DNA of 63,548 nucleotides, counting the filler, from Licmophora abbreviata (lineage: Eukaryota): assembly GCA_900291995.1 (NCBI GenBank). It is 13 parts of 13 records of this genome, joined end to end, with 100 filler letters (N's around TTAATTAATTAA, not from the genome) between each part and the next. Parts side by side here need not be neighbours in the genome. Positions count along the whole stretch, not along the records: positions 1 to 6,588 come from OLMU01002394.1; positions 6,689 to 14,514 come from OLMU01002396.1; 11 more parts are not named here. The stretch is one strand, 5' to 3'. Positions 1 to 10,311 of the stretch are shown piece after piece (the first letter of the stretch is position 1; each line of letters starts with the position of its first letter). The notes beneath the pieces were generated by a model. That model was not told where the DNA came from, did not search any database, and saw only the letters and a program-made list of their open reading frames with translations. The position numbers and the translations under genes were made by a program.

Positions 1-1200
1 TCCTGTCGAACTGCACTTCATGCGGACCCAAGCTTTGTACTTGCTAGTATCTTTCTGCTTTCCACTTTTGGTATCACCATGGAGCGTCGAACAACAATAG
101 GAAAAGCCCTGTCGGCTCCTTTGACCACCATGGCCTTGGCCCTTACGGTAGCCAATTTAGGCATCCTTCCGTTTCATTCGCCCGTCTATTCTCTCATCAA
201 TCGCGTCTTGGTACCACTCGCCGTGCCCATGTTGCTGTTTGATAGTGACATGAATCGAGTAATGAATGATACAGGGAGTCTGCTTCTTGCATTCTTTGTG
301 GGTGCCATTGCCACGATTGTGGGGACACTCGTGGCGTACCCGTTGCTGCCACTGACATCACTGGGGGAAGGCATTGGATGGCGAGTGGCATGCGCACTGG
401 CGGCGCGACACATTGGCGGAGCCATCAACTTTGTGGCTGTCGCAGACACGTTGAACGTTCCGGGAACGGCTGTGTCGGCAGCCATTGCCGCAGACAATCT
501 AGTTGTGGCCTTGTATTTTGCATTCCTGTTTGGGATTTCGAAACCTGGAGAGCCGGAGAGTGAAGATCGAAACACACAAGACAAGAAACAGCAAGTCAAT
601 GTGGTTGACCCAGAAGATGTCGCCTCCAGTGAAAATTCGCTAGAGCATAGTGCCATTACGCTCTCGTCTTTGGGGGCAGCATTGTCTGTTGCATCCTGCT
701 TGGTGACAGGAGGCGGAATGCTGACGCGCGCGATTCTTCCGCCAGGTACATCGTCGTTGCCTCTGACATCCATTCTGACAGTCACCATGGCTACGCTGTT
801 TCCAACATTTTTTTCGCGTATCCGCGCTGCTGGTACGGCGGTTGGCATTACTTTTATCCAAATGTTCTTCGCTGCGTCCGGTGCAGCTGGCTCGATTGCG
901 TTAGTGTTACGGTCGGCGCCTTCGCTGTTTGCCTTCTCGACACTGCAGATTGGTGTGCACTTTGGTACTCTCATGGCGCTGGGACGAGGCATTCTTCGAT
1001 TGCCGCCGCGAGAGTTATATCTCGCGTCGAATGCCAATGTCGGTGGACCGACGACAGCGGCTGCCATGGCGCAAGCCAAAGAGTGGACCCGGTTGGTGCT
1101 GCCAGCTCTTTTGATCGGCATCTTGGGATATGCGAGTGCGACAGCGATTGCCCTGGCTCTTGGCCCAGTTCTACTTCGACTCCCGATAGTTGGTCGATAA
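1..1200 (+). CDS. DUF819-family multi-pass membrane protein (5' truncated by window edge)
   Basis: Frame is open from base 1. Many hydrophobic segments, with motifs ARHIGGAINFVAV, AIAADNL and ASNANVGGPTTAAAMA typical of DUF819 proteins. Confidence 0.8.
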   Translation, partial: SCRTALHADPSFVLASIFLLSTFGITMERRTTIGKALSAPLTTMALALTVANLGILPFHSPVYSLINRVLVPLAVPMLLFDSDMNRVMNDTGSLLLAFFVGAIATIVGTLVAYPLLPLTSLGEGIGWRVACALAARHIGGAINFVAVADTLNVPGTAVSAAIAADNLVVALYFAFLFGISKPGEPESEDRNTQDKKQQVNVVDPEDVASSENSLEHSAITLSSLGAALSVASCLVTGGGMLTRAILPPGTSSLPLTSILTVTMATLFPTFFSRIRAAGTAVGITFIQMFFAASGAAGSIALVLRSAPSLFAFSTLQIGVHFGTLMALGRGILRLPPRELYLASNANVGGPTTAAAMAQAKEWTRLVLPALLIGILGYASATAIALALGPVLLRLPIVGR

Positions 1201-1256
1201 TAGTACAAAAGCTATATTGATTCTTGTTGGTGGCTAAGTCCGCTGGCGCTTCTATA

Positions 1257-2345
1257 TCAGACTGCAAAACTCTTGTCGATACATGCCTCCGAGTATTCCC
1301 ACAGCTTCTTTGCCATCTTCTTATCGTTTCCATTTCCTTTCACTTTTACTTTCATGGGCGGGCCTTCTAGTTCGCCTCGTCCGCTGGGACCTAGATAGTC
1401 CCCATTCTGTACGTCAGGGGATACTACAGCCATGAGCAACGGCAAGCTTCCGTCTGCTGCGCTCTGTCCATAATCTCTACTCTTCTTCTGCCAATCCTTC
1501 ATGGCGTGTGATGCGCCATAATGCAGCGGCGTGGAGGCCCAGCCTGGGTGACAGGCTACAGCGATGATCCTGCTCGACGAGTACCCGTTCGCGTCGATCC
1601 TACGTTGAAGCTCCCGCATCATCAATATGTTACACAGCTTGGATACTCCATACCGTAGCCACTGATCTGTCTCGAGAAACCCCATTGCGGGAAAGGCTAG
1701 ATACTTGATCAAAATGTTGATACCGAACCATCCGGAGCTATACGTCGGATGGTCCATGCGGTTTTGATCAAATACTGGACTGCCAAAGTGATGTGCAAGG
1801 GACGACTGATTCACGACACGACCCTGTCCAGGTGACGAAACCAGCCTTTCCCACAGAAGATTTGTTAAAAGAAAGTGCGCCAAGTGGTTAGTCTGGAATT
1901 GAATATCAAAGCCATCCTTGGACTTGATCAGAGGTTTGGCCATGACACCGGCGTTGTTTAGAAGATAGTCGAGCCTGTCGTACTTGCCAAGAAAGCTTTT
2001 GGCGAATACGTCGACTGACGAAAGATCCATGTTCTCCATTTGAAGTACCTCCACCTTGGCTATGGGATGAGAAGCGAGGATCTTGTTTCTCGCTTCGACC
2101 CCTTCTTTCATATATCGACTCGCAAGGACGACGGTACAACTCTTTCGCGCCAACGCACTTGCTGCGAAGAAGCCGATTCCGCTGTCACCACCGGTGATAA
2201 TCGCAACCTTCCCAGAAAGGTCTGGTATATTCTTCTCGATCCATTCATCGTACCACTGGTTGTCAATCTGAACAACCTCGTCGTGCTTTATAGGGTGAAC
2301 GCGACGTGCCCCGCTCGCTTTCGGCAGGAGAGCGTGCTCTGTCAT
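1257..2345 (-). CDS. Short-chain dehydrogenase/reductase, retinol dehydrogenase/WWOX-like
   Basis: TGGDSGIG Rossmann motif, LLNNAGVM, QTNHLAHFLLT, catalytic YGVSK, CHPG. Confidence 0.9.
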   Translation of the reverse strand: MTEHALLPKASGARRVHPIKHDEVVQIDNQWYDEWIEKNIPDLSGKVAIITGGDSGIGFFAASALARKSCTVVLASRYMKEGVEARNKILASHPIAKVEVLQMENMDLSSVDVFAKSFLGKYDRLDYLLNNAGVMAKPLIKSKDGFDIQFQTNHLAHFLLTNLLWERLVSSPGQGRVVNQSSLAHHFGSPVFDQNRMDHPTYSSGWFGINILIKYLAFPAMGFLETDQWLRYGVSKLCNILMMRELQRRIDANGYSSSRIIAVACHPGWASTPLHYGASHAMKDWQKKSRDYGQSAADGSLPLLMAVVSPDVQNGDYLGPSGRGELEGPPMKVKVKGNGNDKKMAKKLWEYSEACIDKSFAV

Positions 2346-2852
2346 GTTGTGAGACGAGAAGGGTTCAGATGAAGATCATGGACTTGTAGAGCTCATACAA
2401 CCCCGAAGCGGGGGTTTCTTCAGAATGACTTACCGAGGAGCCGAAGTAGCCCGTATCCTATGCAGCACATGACCAAGGCCGCCATGACAGCCCGAGCCAC
2501 CGCCCCGTTCGCGCTATCGGTCGAAGGAAGCAGATCTCCCACACATGCCCTCCAACCTTCCGTAAGTAGCTCTGTACTCAGCTCCTTCATTGCTCTGCTG
2601 TACGTGATAGTCGTGGCTAACTTAATGAATTCTCCGACGATTAAAGTGTCAAAGACGAGTTCTCATCTCACATCAATTTGTGAGCAAAGGAGCCTCACTT
2701 CACAGACATCTCGACTGTCGCAAAGACGTCGCTTGCGACATCAATTGACATTCTCTGCCACTCCAGAATAGCGACGATCCCCGTGCATTCAAACTTCCTC
2801 TCCCGCCCATGGGACACCGTGCAGAATAATAGCTCAAGGTAAACTCACTCAA

Positions 2853-4491
2853 CTATACGCTGGCAGTGATCCGTCGTCGCATTGCTCTAAGACTACGAGT
2901 CCCCATCATTTCCGCGGCTCTCTTTCTTGCATACGGATAACTGGCTCGAAAGATATCAAAACTCGGATCGCTGCTCAAGGCGATGCCTTCCAACAAACCC
3001 AGCCCACGAGTCACAAGTGCAAAGAACGGAGGCACCGAGAATGGGTATCGAAAGAACACTTCGTTGAGCTCGTCCGATATATCCATGAGCTTGCGTTTGC
3101 GGTCTTGCAGGTTGGACCCTGATTCCAACAAGCCTTGCGTGAGAATCTTTGTCAGGATTGGTTTGATGTCACTCACGTCCATGTCATCCGGAAGGAAACC
3201 AAGCTCTTTCGCGTCCTCTTCTACCAACGAATCAAAATCTCCCAACAACAGATGGACAATGGCTTTTGTCATGGCACGCCGTTCCTTTTCATCCACTTCG
3301 GCACAAAGACCAAAGTCCAAGAGGCAGAGAGTGTTGTCTTGCGTTAAAATCAAGTTTCCAACGTGAGGGTCAGCGTGAAAGGCTCCAATATCCAAGAGCT
3401 GTGTCAGAAAGAGTTCCACTCCGACCGGAATGAGCTTTCGAATTTGCTCTTGGGGTGCGTCGGAAAATTTTACCCCTTCGATCCATTCGGTTGTTATGAC
3501 ACGTTGCGTCGTGAACTGGTCATGAACAGATGGAATTTTGACTTTGCAATGACGCTTGGAAAGCTCACGTTGGAATCTAAGCTGATTGGCTGCCTCATTC
3601 TCATAATCCAGTTCCTACATGATATTTCAGGCGACGTGAAACGTGGACATTGGTAAGATATCGGTGGTGACCACATCTGCAAGGCACGCAACTCTATACT
3701 TACCGAGTACGAGCCGTGTGAGAAAGTATCGAATAGATCCTGGTGGTACGGTGCCTGGTGTGTAACGGTTGTCACAAAGGCATCCAATACAATCCCCACC
3801 TGTTGCAGAAGGTACAAGTCTAGACTGAAATTCCGTAGCATGTTGGGCCTCTGAATTTTGATGGCCACCTCCTCGCCTGTATCTCGTCGTGTTGCCTTGT
3901 ATACTTGTCCCAGACTTGCCGACGCGACCAAGTGAATGTTACCAAAGAGTTTGGAAAGATCTTCGCATTGTAGTTCTTGTCTTAGCACATTCAGAGCAAT
4001 CTCATCCGACACGGGTTCCACGGCATCGCACAACTTTTGCAGTTCCTGCAAAACACGCGGTGGCACCAAGTCGGGTCGGATACTGAGCTGCTGTCCCGCC
4101 TTGACAAAGGCAGGTCCCAATTCCGTGAGTGCCTTGCGCAACTCGAGCGCATGTTCACTCTGTAGAGCCTCTTTCTCCGTGGAATCTTCAGATCATCACG
4201 GAATAGAACAAAATCCCGTACATAGGCACCCGCTCGAGGCCCTAAAGCTGCCGCGACTTGGAACAATCGCTGCACTGCCGTGACAGGACGACCACTCCAG
4301 TACCGATGGAGGGCGTCGCGCTGATACTGTCGAGGCAGCTCGGAGTCTTTTGACTTGGAACAATGAATGTGTTCTGTGTAATGTTCGGTGGCATACGCGA
4401 GAGAGGTCGTGCCCGCGAGCGTTGCGGCGCCGACGGACATCCAGGGGCGTTTCCGCAGGAAAACCCTGATCGCCGCAGACTGAGCCGACAT
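2853..4491 (-). CDS. ABC1/UbiB (ABC1K) atypical kinase; one intron (~3615-3703) and an apparent 1-nt frameshift near 4190
   Basis: LGPAFVKAGQQLSIRPDL, ASASLGQVYKA, VAIKIQRP, ELDYENEAANQ (after splicing), FHADPHVGN, LLDFGL. Confidence 0.85.
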
Positions 4492-5016
4492 GGTTGACAC
4501 GGGACGAGTGATGAGGGTGTGTAGACTACGACTTCTGATGACTGCGACCACTCATCACGTTGTTCCGATTCATCACGAGAGGTAAACGAGTTCTGTATCA
4601 TAGCACACACGCAACGTGGTCTTTTCAGGACCACAGCGTCATTGGAGGGAGTTCTGAGTCATACATATGACCCGCTCGACTCGAAGCGTTTGGCGCCTCG
4701 CGGATATGATACGACACGTGACAGGCCGATTCATTCAACTCGATTGCATGTAGTACGATAGCATGGGATCCGCCGATGCCATATTTCCATGCCATCGAAG
4801 CGCAACACTCTAGTTATCCTTTTGTAAGGCAATGGTTTCATCTATTATCTAAGGCAATCATTGTAAAAAAAGTATCCAAATTGTCAAGCGAGCATCGACT
4901 TGCACACCCGACTCTAAAATCCTCGCGTTGTGAGGTATGTCTATCATAAAATGTCCCTGAGAGAGTGTCATGTTGTGAAGCGAGAGCAATTTGTCGTCAC
5001 TTGCCCCTCTTCATGA

Positions 5017-6408
5017 CTACTGCTGTTGTTGAGAAAGTTCCGAAAATAAGATTTGATCTCGATTCGCCGGAAGCATGGCATCGAGAATCTCCTTGAGGTC
5101 GTCAGCAATGTCGTCTTCTTCGAACTCATCTTGTTCGTCATCTTGGTAGAGACACGTGTTGATACCATGACGTGCTGTGTAGAGTTCTTCCAACAAGGCC
5201 CCATCGCCCGCGTTGACAATGTGAGCACGCTTGACTCCTTGTTCCAGCGCATACGACGACCATCCGAGATGAAGTAGCATCTCGACGGCACTCGGATCCA
5301 AGTTGCGACTGGCATGCTCAAAGTTAGCAAAGCCGGCGCGATGAACCTGAACCTGATGATGATCTAGAAAATCCTTTACAAAGCTGACGGGAATGTCTTG
5401 TAATGTCTTGGAGTCGCGCGTCTTGCGCAGAACAGCGCCATGCCCGGTAAAGTATACCAGCTTGTGGGCATCCAACGCGGATGCCACGGATGCAGCCAAG
5501 TGGTTGCCATTGACGTTGACACAGTCACCAAGTCGACTTGTCCCAACGGTAGTGAGAAGGACAACATCATTGTTGTCCAGAGCTCGTTGGATCTTTCCGA
5601 CGTGGACAGTAGACGGATATCCCGTATTCTGAAAGTCCGTATTGTGAACCGTACCGAACGGTTTGGCGGAGTAAAAGTTCCCACCCACCACGTTGCCATC
5701 AGGGACTGGATTGTGTTCGTTGGAAGGACTCAAGCCTCCTTGTAGTCGTAAACACCGATTTAAGTTTCGTTCGACTTCAAATCGAACATATCCTGCCTCC
5801 TCTTCTATATCCCGGAGCAACTTGTCGTCTGTAACGCGCAGGGAGTTCTGACATTCCGGTCCCGTGGTGAGACCCTCTGAACAGCACTCTACATCATAAC
5901 GGCATCCCACGACAATTACAATCTTGAGTCCCAGCAACCAGCTTAACGCAATGTCGTCCATGAGTTTGTCAAAGTGCTTATTGTCCAAGAGTTCGCCAGG
6001 GATGTGAAAGACTGCAGTTTGATCTCGATGTTCCGCAATGTACCTAGCAGACCCCCGAAGCATGTTGACAAAAGGGTACATGCAGGCACCAGGATCATCG
6101 GGGTGACAGTCGAACATGCTTTTGTTCTCGTCGTCTCGCTTTGCGTCCTTTGCGGAGATAAACTCAATGTGAGACGGGTCGGCAAAGGCGTGATGCTGAT
6201 GTGTCGTGCTGCTGAGAATATCAAAACCCATGCCGGTTGTGTTTCGAGACCTAGCGGGGGCAGTCAGAGTGGCTGCTCTGAGCGAAAGGGAGGAAGCGTG
6301 GGGAGCGATCCAGCCATGTGAAGGAAGAAAGGCGTCGGTGATCGCCGAAAGTGCAAAGTACATCAGCAAAATGAGAACGCCAGCGGCAGTGTGTATTCGC
6401 AATTTCAT
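5017..6408 (-). CDS. N-acetylglutamate synthase-like protein with the amino-acid-kinase (AAK) domain only; predicted plastid presequence
   Basis: FVNMLRGSARYIAEHR, EEAGYVRFEVER, GNVVGGNFYSAKPFG, LEQGVKRAHIV and LLEELYT align by eye with the NAGS at 16854-18713. Ends in an acidic tail with no GNAT domain. Signal peptide ends ITDA-FLP. Confidence 0.8.
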   Translation of the reverse strand: MKLRIHTAAGVLILLMYFALSAITDAFLPSHGWIAPHASSLSLRAATLTAPARSRNTTGMGFDILSSTTHQHHAFADPSHIEFISAKDAKRDDENKSMFDCHPDDPGACMYPFVNMLRGSARYIAEHRDQTAVFHIPGELLDNKHFDKLMDDIALSWLLGLKIVIVVGCRYDVECCSEGLTTGPECQNSLRVTDDKLLRDIEEEAGYVRFEVERNLNRCLRLQGGLSPSNEHNPVPDGNVVGGNFYSAKPFGTVHNTDFQNTGYPSTVHVGKIQRALDNNDVVLLTTVGTSRLGDCVNVNGNHLAASVASALDAHKLVYFTGHGAVLRKTRDSKTLQDIPVSFVKDFLDHHQVQVHRAGFANFEHASRNLDPSAVEMLLHLGWSSYALEQGVKRAHIVNAGDGALLEELYTARHGINTCLYQDDEQDEFEEDDIADDLKEILDAMLPANRDQILFSELSQQQQ

Positions 6409-6588
6409 TTTTGAAACGTGTAGCCTTGGTGGCAGGTTATCGGTGGCGATAAAGTAGATTGGAGTCTATATAGTAGTGGAGAAGACCTCTGTCGTTGCCA
6501 GTAGCGTGTGGTTGTAAGAAGAGACAGTGGGACGATCTGGTCCGTTGGGGCCTGAAAGAAGGATTCTATTTTATGTGGTTGGCTCTTG

Positions 6589-6688
6589 NNNNNNNNNNNN
6601 NNNNNNNNNNNNNNNNNNNNNNNNNNNNNNNNTTAATTAATTAANNNNNNNNNNNNNNNNNNNNNNNNNNNNNNNNNNNNNNNNNNNN
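6589..6688. other. Artificial assembly gap linker N44-TTAATTAATTAA-N44; identical copies start at 14515, 20675, 23230, 32517, 34499, 43290, 46092, 50524, 53891, 55111, 62179
   Basis: Exactly 100 bp each time, with a core that places stop codons in all six frames. Confidence 0.97.
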
Positions 6689-6689
6689 C

Positions 6690-9257
6690 GAAGGACGACA
6701 CCAGGATAAGGCACTGCTGCATGGCTATTTGCACATCCAGATTTTGAACGCCAAGAATCTACGGAATCGCGATTGCAGCTGTCTATTTTCACTGAAAACA
6801 TGTCGTATTACGAGAGATCTTTCGGATCCGTACGTGACGGTGCATGCAGGAAAGCATCGCTTGCTTAAGACCCGATGGATTTCAGACGACTTGAATCCCA
6901 CTTGGAACGAAGACTTTTATATTCCTGTGGCACATCATGTAGAGGGACTCCGATTTAAGGTCAAGGATCAGGACTTTAAGCTGTATGCGCAAATGCTGGG
7001 GGAAGTCTTTTTGCCAGTGGAGGAGCTCTTGCAGTACAACGATGAGGATGGGAGACCGTTGCGGGTTGGCACCCACAAGGTGGCATGGTTGGACAAAAAA
7101 GCACATCATGGGTCGTTGGAATTCTTCATAGACTACGTCCCTGTGGAGATTCTGAATGAGTTACCTATGGAAGTTCCTGGGGTGTACTTTGGGCCGACGT
7201 CTGGAAATCAAGTAAAATTCTACGTCAACGCAGAAGACGGATCGCAGTACGGAGCCCCAGCCGTGCACTATGGCGGCGAAGATGATCATCAGCACACCTG
7301 GAAACCCCAACGCTTATGGAGGGATACCTACGACGCTATCTGTCAGGCCAAACATGTGATTTATATTACAGGATGGTCTGTCGACGTAACTCAGTCGCTC
7401 CTGCGCGGCACCGATAAGGAGGAGGCTATCAAGTCAGGCAAATACAGTCCTTTCATTGGGGAGTTGTTGAAACAGAAAGCAGAAGAGGGTCTTGATGTGC
7501 TCATGCTGATTTGGGACGATGCCACGTCGAACTCGGTCTTAGTCGGCATGATGGGAACTCATGACGAAGAGGCAAAACTGTTCTTTCGCAACACGAAAGT
7601 CAAATTTCGACTCTGTCCTATGTCGGGAGACAAGCACAACGCTATCCACGAGAAGGCCGGAAAGTGGGTAATGTTTACGCATCATCAGAAAACTGTCGTT
7701 GTGGACATGCCGCGACAAGGCAGGTTGCTCGGGGGAAGAGAGCTGGGGGCGTTTATCGGCGGAATCGATCTGACAAATGGCCGATGGGACACGCGAGCAC
7801 ATTCTTTGTTTCGGTCCTTGACTGCTGATCACAAAGACGATTGTCATAACGCTTGCTTTGGCGTGGATGCTTCAAGCGTGGGTCCTCGAGAACCTTGGCA
7901 CGACATACACTGTAGTGTTCGAGGACCGGCGACTATGGAGATCGTTCAGAATTTCACTGAACGATGGAATATGCAGAATGCCACTGCATCAGAAGACTTG
8001 GTGGATCTTGGCGAGTTGGGTCTCGAAAATCCGCCGCAGCACAACGATGCTGACGCATGGAGCACTCAGCTTTTTCGGTCTATCGATGAGCGAACTGCGC
8101 AATTTGACGATGACAGAATTGCTCAGTTTGAATCGATTGACGATGGTGGCTTCAGGGCTGCATTGAAAAACGAGAGTAGGGCTCGAAGAAGACGAAAGTT
8201 CTTGAGCGGTGGAACGCCCGCGGAGACAACAAGCACAATGAAAGCCTCCGATGCTTCCGATTTTTATTTTAATCGATGTCTGAGCCTAAAGAAGGGCCGC
8301 AGAGTTGACGATGGCGTTCACAAGGCAATGTTGCATCATATTCGCCGCGCGGAGCACATGGTATATATCGAGAGCCAATACTTTTTGAGCAGCTCACATC
8401 TTTGGCCCACAAGTAAAACGACAAAATGTGGGAACCTCATCGCGGCTGAGTTGACGCTTAAAATTTGTCAAAAGATTGAAGCTGGCGAACGGTTTTGTGC
8501 TTATGTGTTGGTTCCTATGTGGCCCGAGGGACTAGCAGACTCTCAAGCAGTCCAGGCCATCCTTAAGTTTCAGACCCTTAGCATGGAAGGAATGTACCTG
8601 AGAATTGCTTCAGCGCTGGAGCGACGAAGGGCGACTCTGAAAGCTGATGGGGTCAAGCACGACAAGACAAGTCCGAGAGACTACCTAAGCTTCTACTGCC
8701 TCGCAGCGCGTGAATCACCAGAGGGGGGTGCATCGTTCCGGGAACCAAATCCGAAAACGGACGAAGGGCTGCTTGCCAAGACTCGTCGGCATCAGATCTA
8801 CATTCATTCGAAGATGGTTATTGTGGACGACGCAATTGCCTTGATTGGGTCCGCCAACATCAATCAACGGTCGCTAGACGGCGCCCGTGACAGTGAAATC
8901 GTCCTCGGATCATGGCAGCCAGCTCACGCGGCGAACAAAGAGTCCATTCCAAAGGGAGACGTTCATGGCTTTCGCCTACACTGTTGGTCGACCATTACGG
9001 GTCGCATGGAAGATATATTTCGCGACCCGTCTAGCCTAGCGTGTGTTCGTAGGATGAATACGATCGCTGAGGAAAACTGGGAGAAATACACCAGTAGCGT
9101 AGTACAAGACATGACGTCTCACTTGATCCCATATCCAGTCGCAGTGTGCGAGGATGGTTCGGTGGTGCCACGAACAACGGATGAGTTTTTCCCAGACACA
9201 CGAGGGATGATAACGGGGAAGGCATCGGGTGTCCTTCCAGAGTTTTTGACGACCTAA
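6690..9257 (+). CDS. PLD: C2-domain phospholipase D (plant PLD alpha/delta-like), 5' end lost in gap
   Basis: Frame is open back to the gap (LLHGYLHIQI). C2 domain with SDPYVTV, two HKD motifs (HHQKTVVVD, IHSKMVIVDD), IGSANINQRSLDGARDSEI, PREPWHDIH, and C-terminus LPEFLTT. Confidence 0.92.
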   Translation, partial: EGRHQDKALLHGYLHIQILNAKNLRNRDCSCLFSLKTCRITRDLSDPYVTVHAGKHRLLKTRWISDDLNPTWNEDFYIPVAHHVEGLRFKVKDQDFKLYAQMLGEVFLPVEELLQYNDEDGRPLRVGTHKVAWLDKKAHHGSLEFFIDYVPVEILNELPMEVPGVYFGPTSGNQVKFYVNAEDGSQYGAPAVHYGGEDDHQHTWKPQRLWRDTYDAICQAKHVIYITGWSVDVTQSLLRGTDKEEAIKSGKYSPFIGELLKQKAEEGLDVLMLIWDDATSNSVLVGMMGTHDEEAKLFFRNTKVKFRLCPMSGDKHNAIHEKAGKWVMFTHHQKTVVVDMPRQGRLLGGRELGAFIGGIDLTNGRWDTRAHSLFRSLTADHKDDCHNACFGVDASSVGPREPWHDIHCSVRGPATMEIVQNFTERWNMQNATASEDLVDLGELGLENPPQHNDADAWSTQLFRSIDERTAQFDDDRIAQFESIDDGGFRAALKNESRARRRRKFLSGGTPAETTSTMKASDASDFYFNRCLSLKKGRRVDDGVHKAMLHHIRRAEHMVYIESQYFLSSSHLWPTSKTTKCGNLIAAELTLKICQKIEAGERFCAYVLVPMWPEGLADSQAVQAILKFQTLSMEGMYLRIASALERRRATLKADGVKHDKTSPRDYLSFYCLAARESPEGGASFREPNPKTDEGLLAKTRRHQIYIHSKMVIVDDAIALIGSANINQRSLDGARDSEIVLGSWQPAHAANKESIPKGDVHGFRLHCWSTITGRMEDIFRDPSSLACVRRMNTIAEENWEKYTSSVVQDMTSHLIPYPVAVCEDGSVVPRTTDEFFPDTRGMITGKASGVLPEFLTT

Positions 9258-9764
9258 AGGGGAAAGGGTCGGAAATTCGCGCGTAAAACGTTGCGGTAGA
9301 TCCGTAGGGTGCTTTACAACAGATGTAGGGCAAAAGAATACGCAAGGACGTTATAGGGGCAGTCTTTCTATGAATGCGGGGGTGACGGGAAATCACTCGC
9401 TGATGGTGTAGCTAGAAGCTACATGGGCCCTTGCTAAACCGGTATGTAATAGACAGCCCTGGGCACATGCATACTGCTGGGCGGGGGCGGAGGGCGTAGT
9501 AGACGACCGGCAAACCGATACTTTGCCCTCGGGACTACTGTAACCGAACAGTCCGACTCACGAGGCCTAGTAAGCGTTCCTGTTCAGGTTACTCGAAGGC
9601 CAGCTTTCTCGTAACTTTCGTAGCGCACAAAAAAACTCGTCAAAGGACGCGCAACGACGCCTTCGACGCCGGGGAGACGCGTAGTTTCGACACGGTACGA
9701 CCGGAACCATCAACAAACTTCGCCGTCACTCTGTTGCTCTCTATAGACATTCGTTCTGTATGCT

Positions 9765-10089
9765 ATGATTGAGGTAGTATTGAATGATCGACTGGGAAAG
9801 AAGGTCCGCGTAAAATGTAACGAGGACGACACAATAGGAGATTTGAAAAAACTTGCTGCTGCTCAGCTTGGCACTCGACCAGAGAAGCTGAAGATTCAGA
9901 AGTGGTACACTATCTACAAGGACCACATTACTCTGGAAGACTATGAAATCCATGATGGAATGGGGCTTGAGCTGTAAGTGTTTGCTCGGCTGCATGTGAT
10001 TGATGGCTGCGAATGGAAGTCTGGCGGTGGACCGCACTCACTCTCGCCGGATTCGGACGATCCCTTCTTTTCACAGATACTACCAATAG
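9765..10089 (+). CDS. UBL5: Ubiquitin-like protein 5 / Hub1, 73 aa; intron 9974-10076
   Basis: [18 protein letters not shown]...[11 protein letters not shown]. Splicing GTAAGT...CAG restores the conserved di-tyrosine C-terminus LYYQ*. Confidence 0.96.
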
Positions 10090-10311
10090 AAAAAGAGACT
10101 CCAATAAAAAATTGTGGAGATGCAATGTATTTCTCTCTGTGTTACGGAGATGACGGGAATTACCAAAGGTGTCACGCGGGTGCAAGGCTTTATGATCTGA
10201 GCCACGGGGTATTCTATGCTGTAGCTTGCACTGTAAACCTGAAGCTATCTTGTAGAGATAGGTATGACTTGCTCAACGTATTGGTTATAATGACACTCGT
10301 ACATCGATCGA

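Noticed and set aside
186..1208. 340-aa antisense ORF and the many other overlapping ORFs in the track
   Set aside because: They are shadows of well-supported genes on the opposite strand or frame and carry no motifs.
6633..6644. Recurrent palindromic TTAATTAATTAA as a biological repeat, CRISPR-like repeat or transposon target site
   Set aside because: It is always centred in exactly 44+44 Ns, so it is an artificial six-frame-stop scaffold linker.
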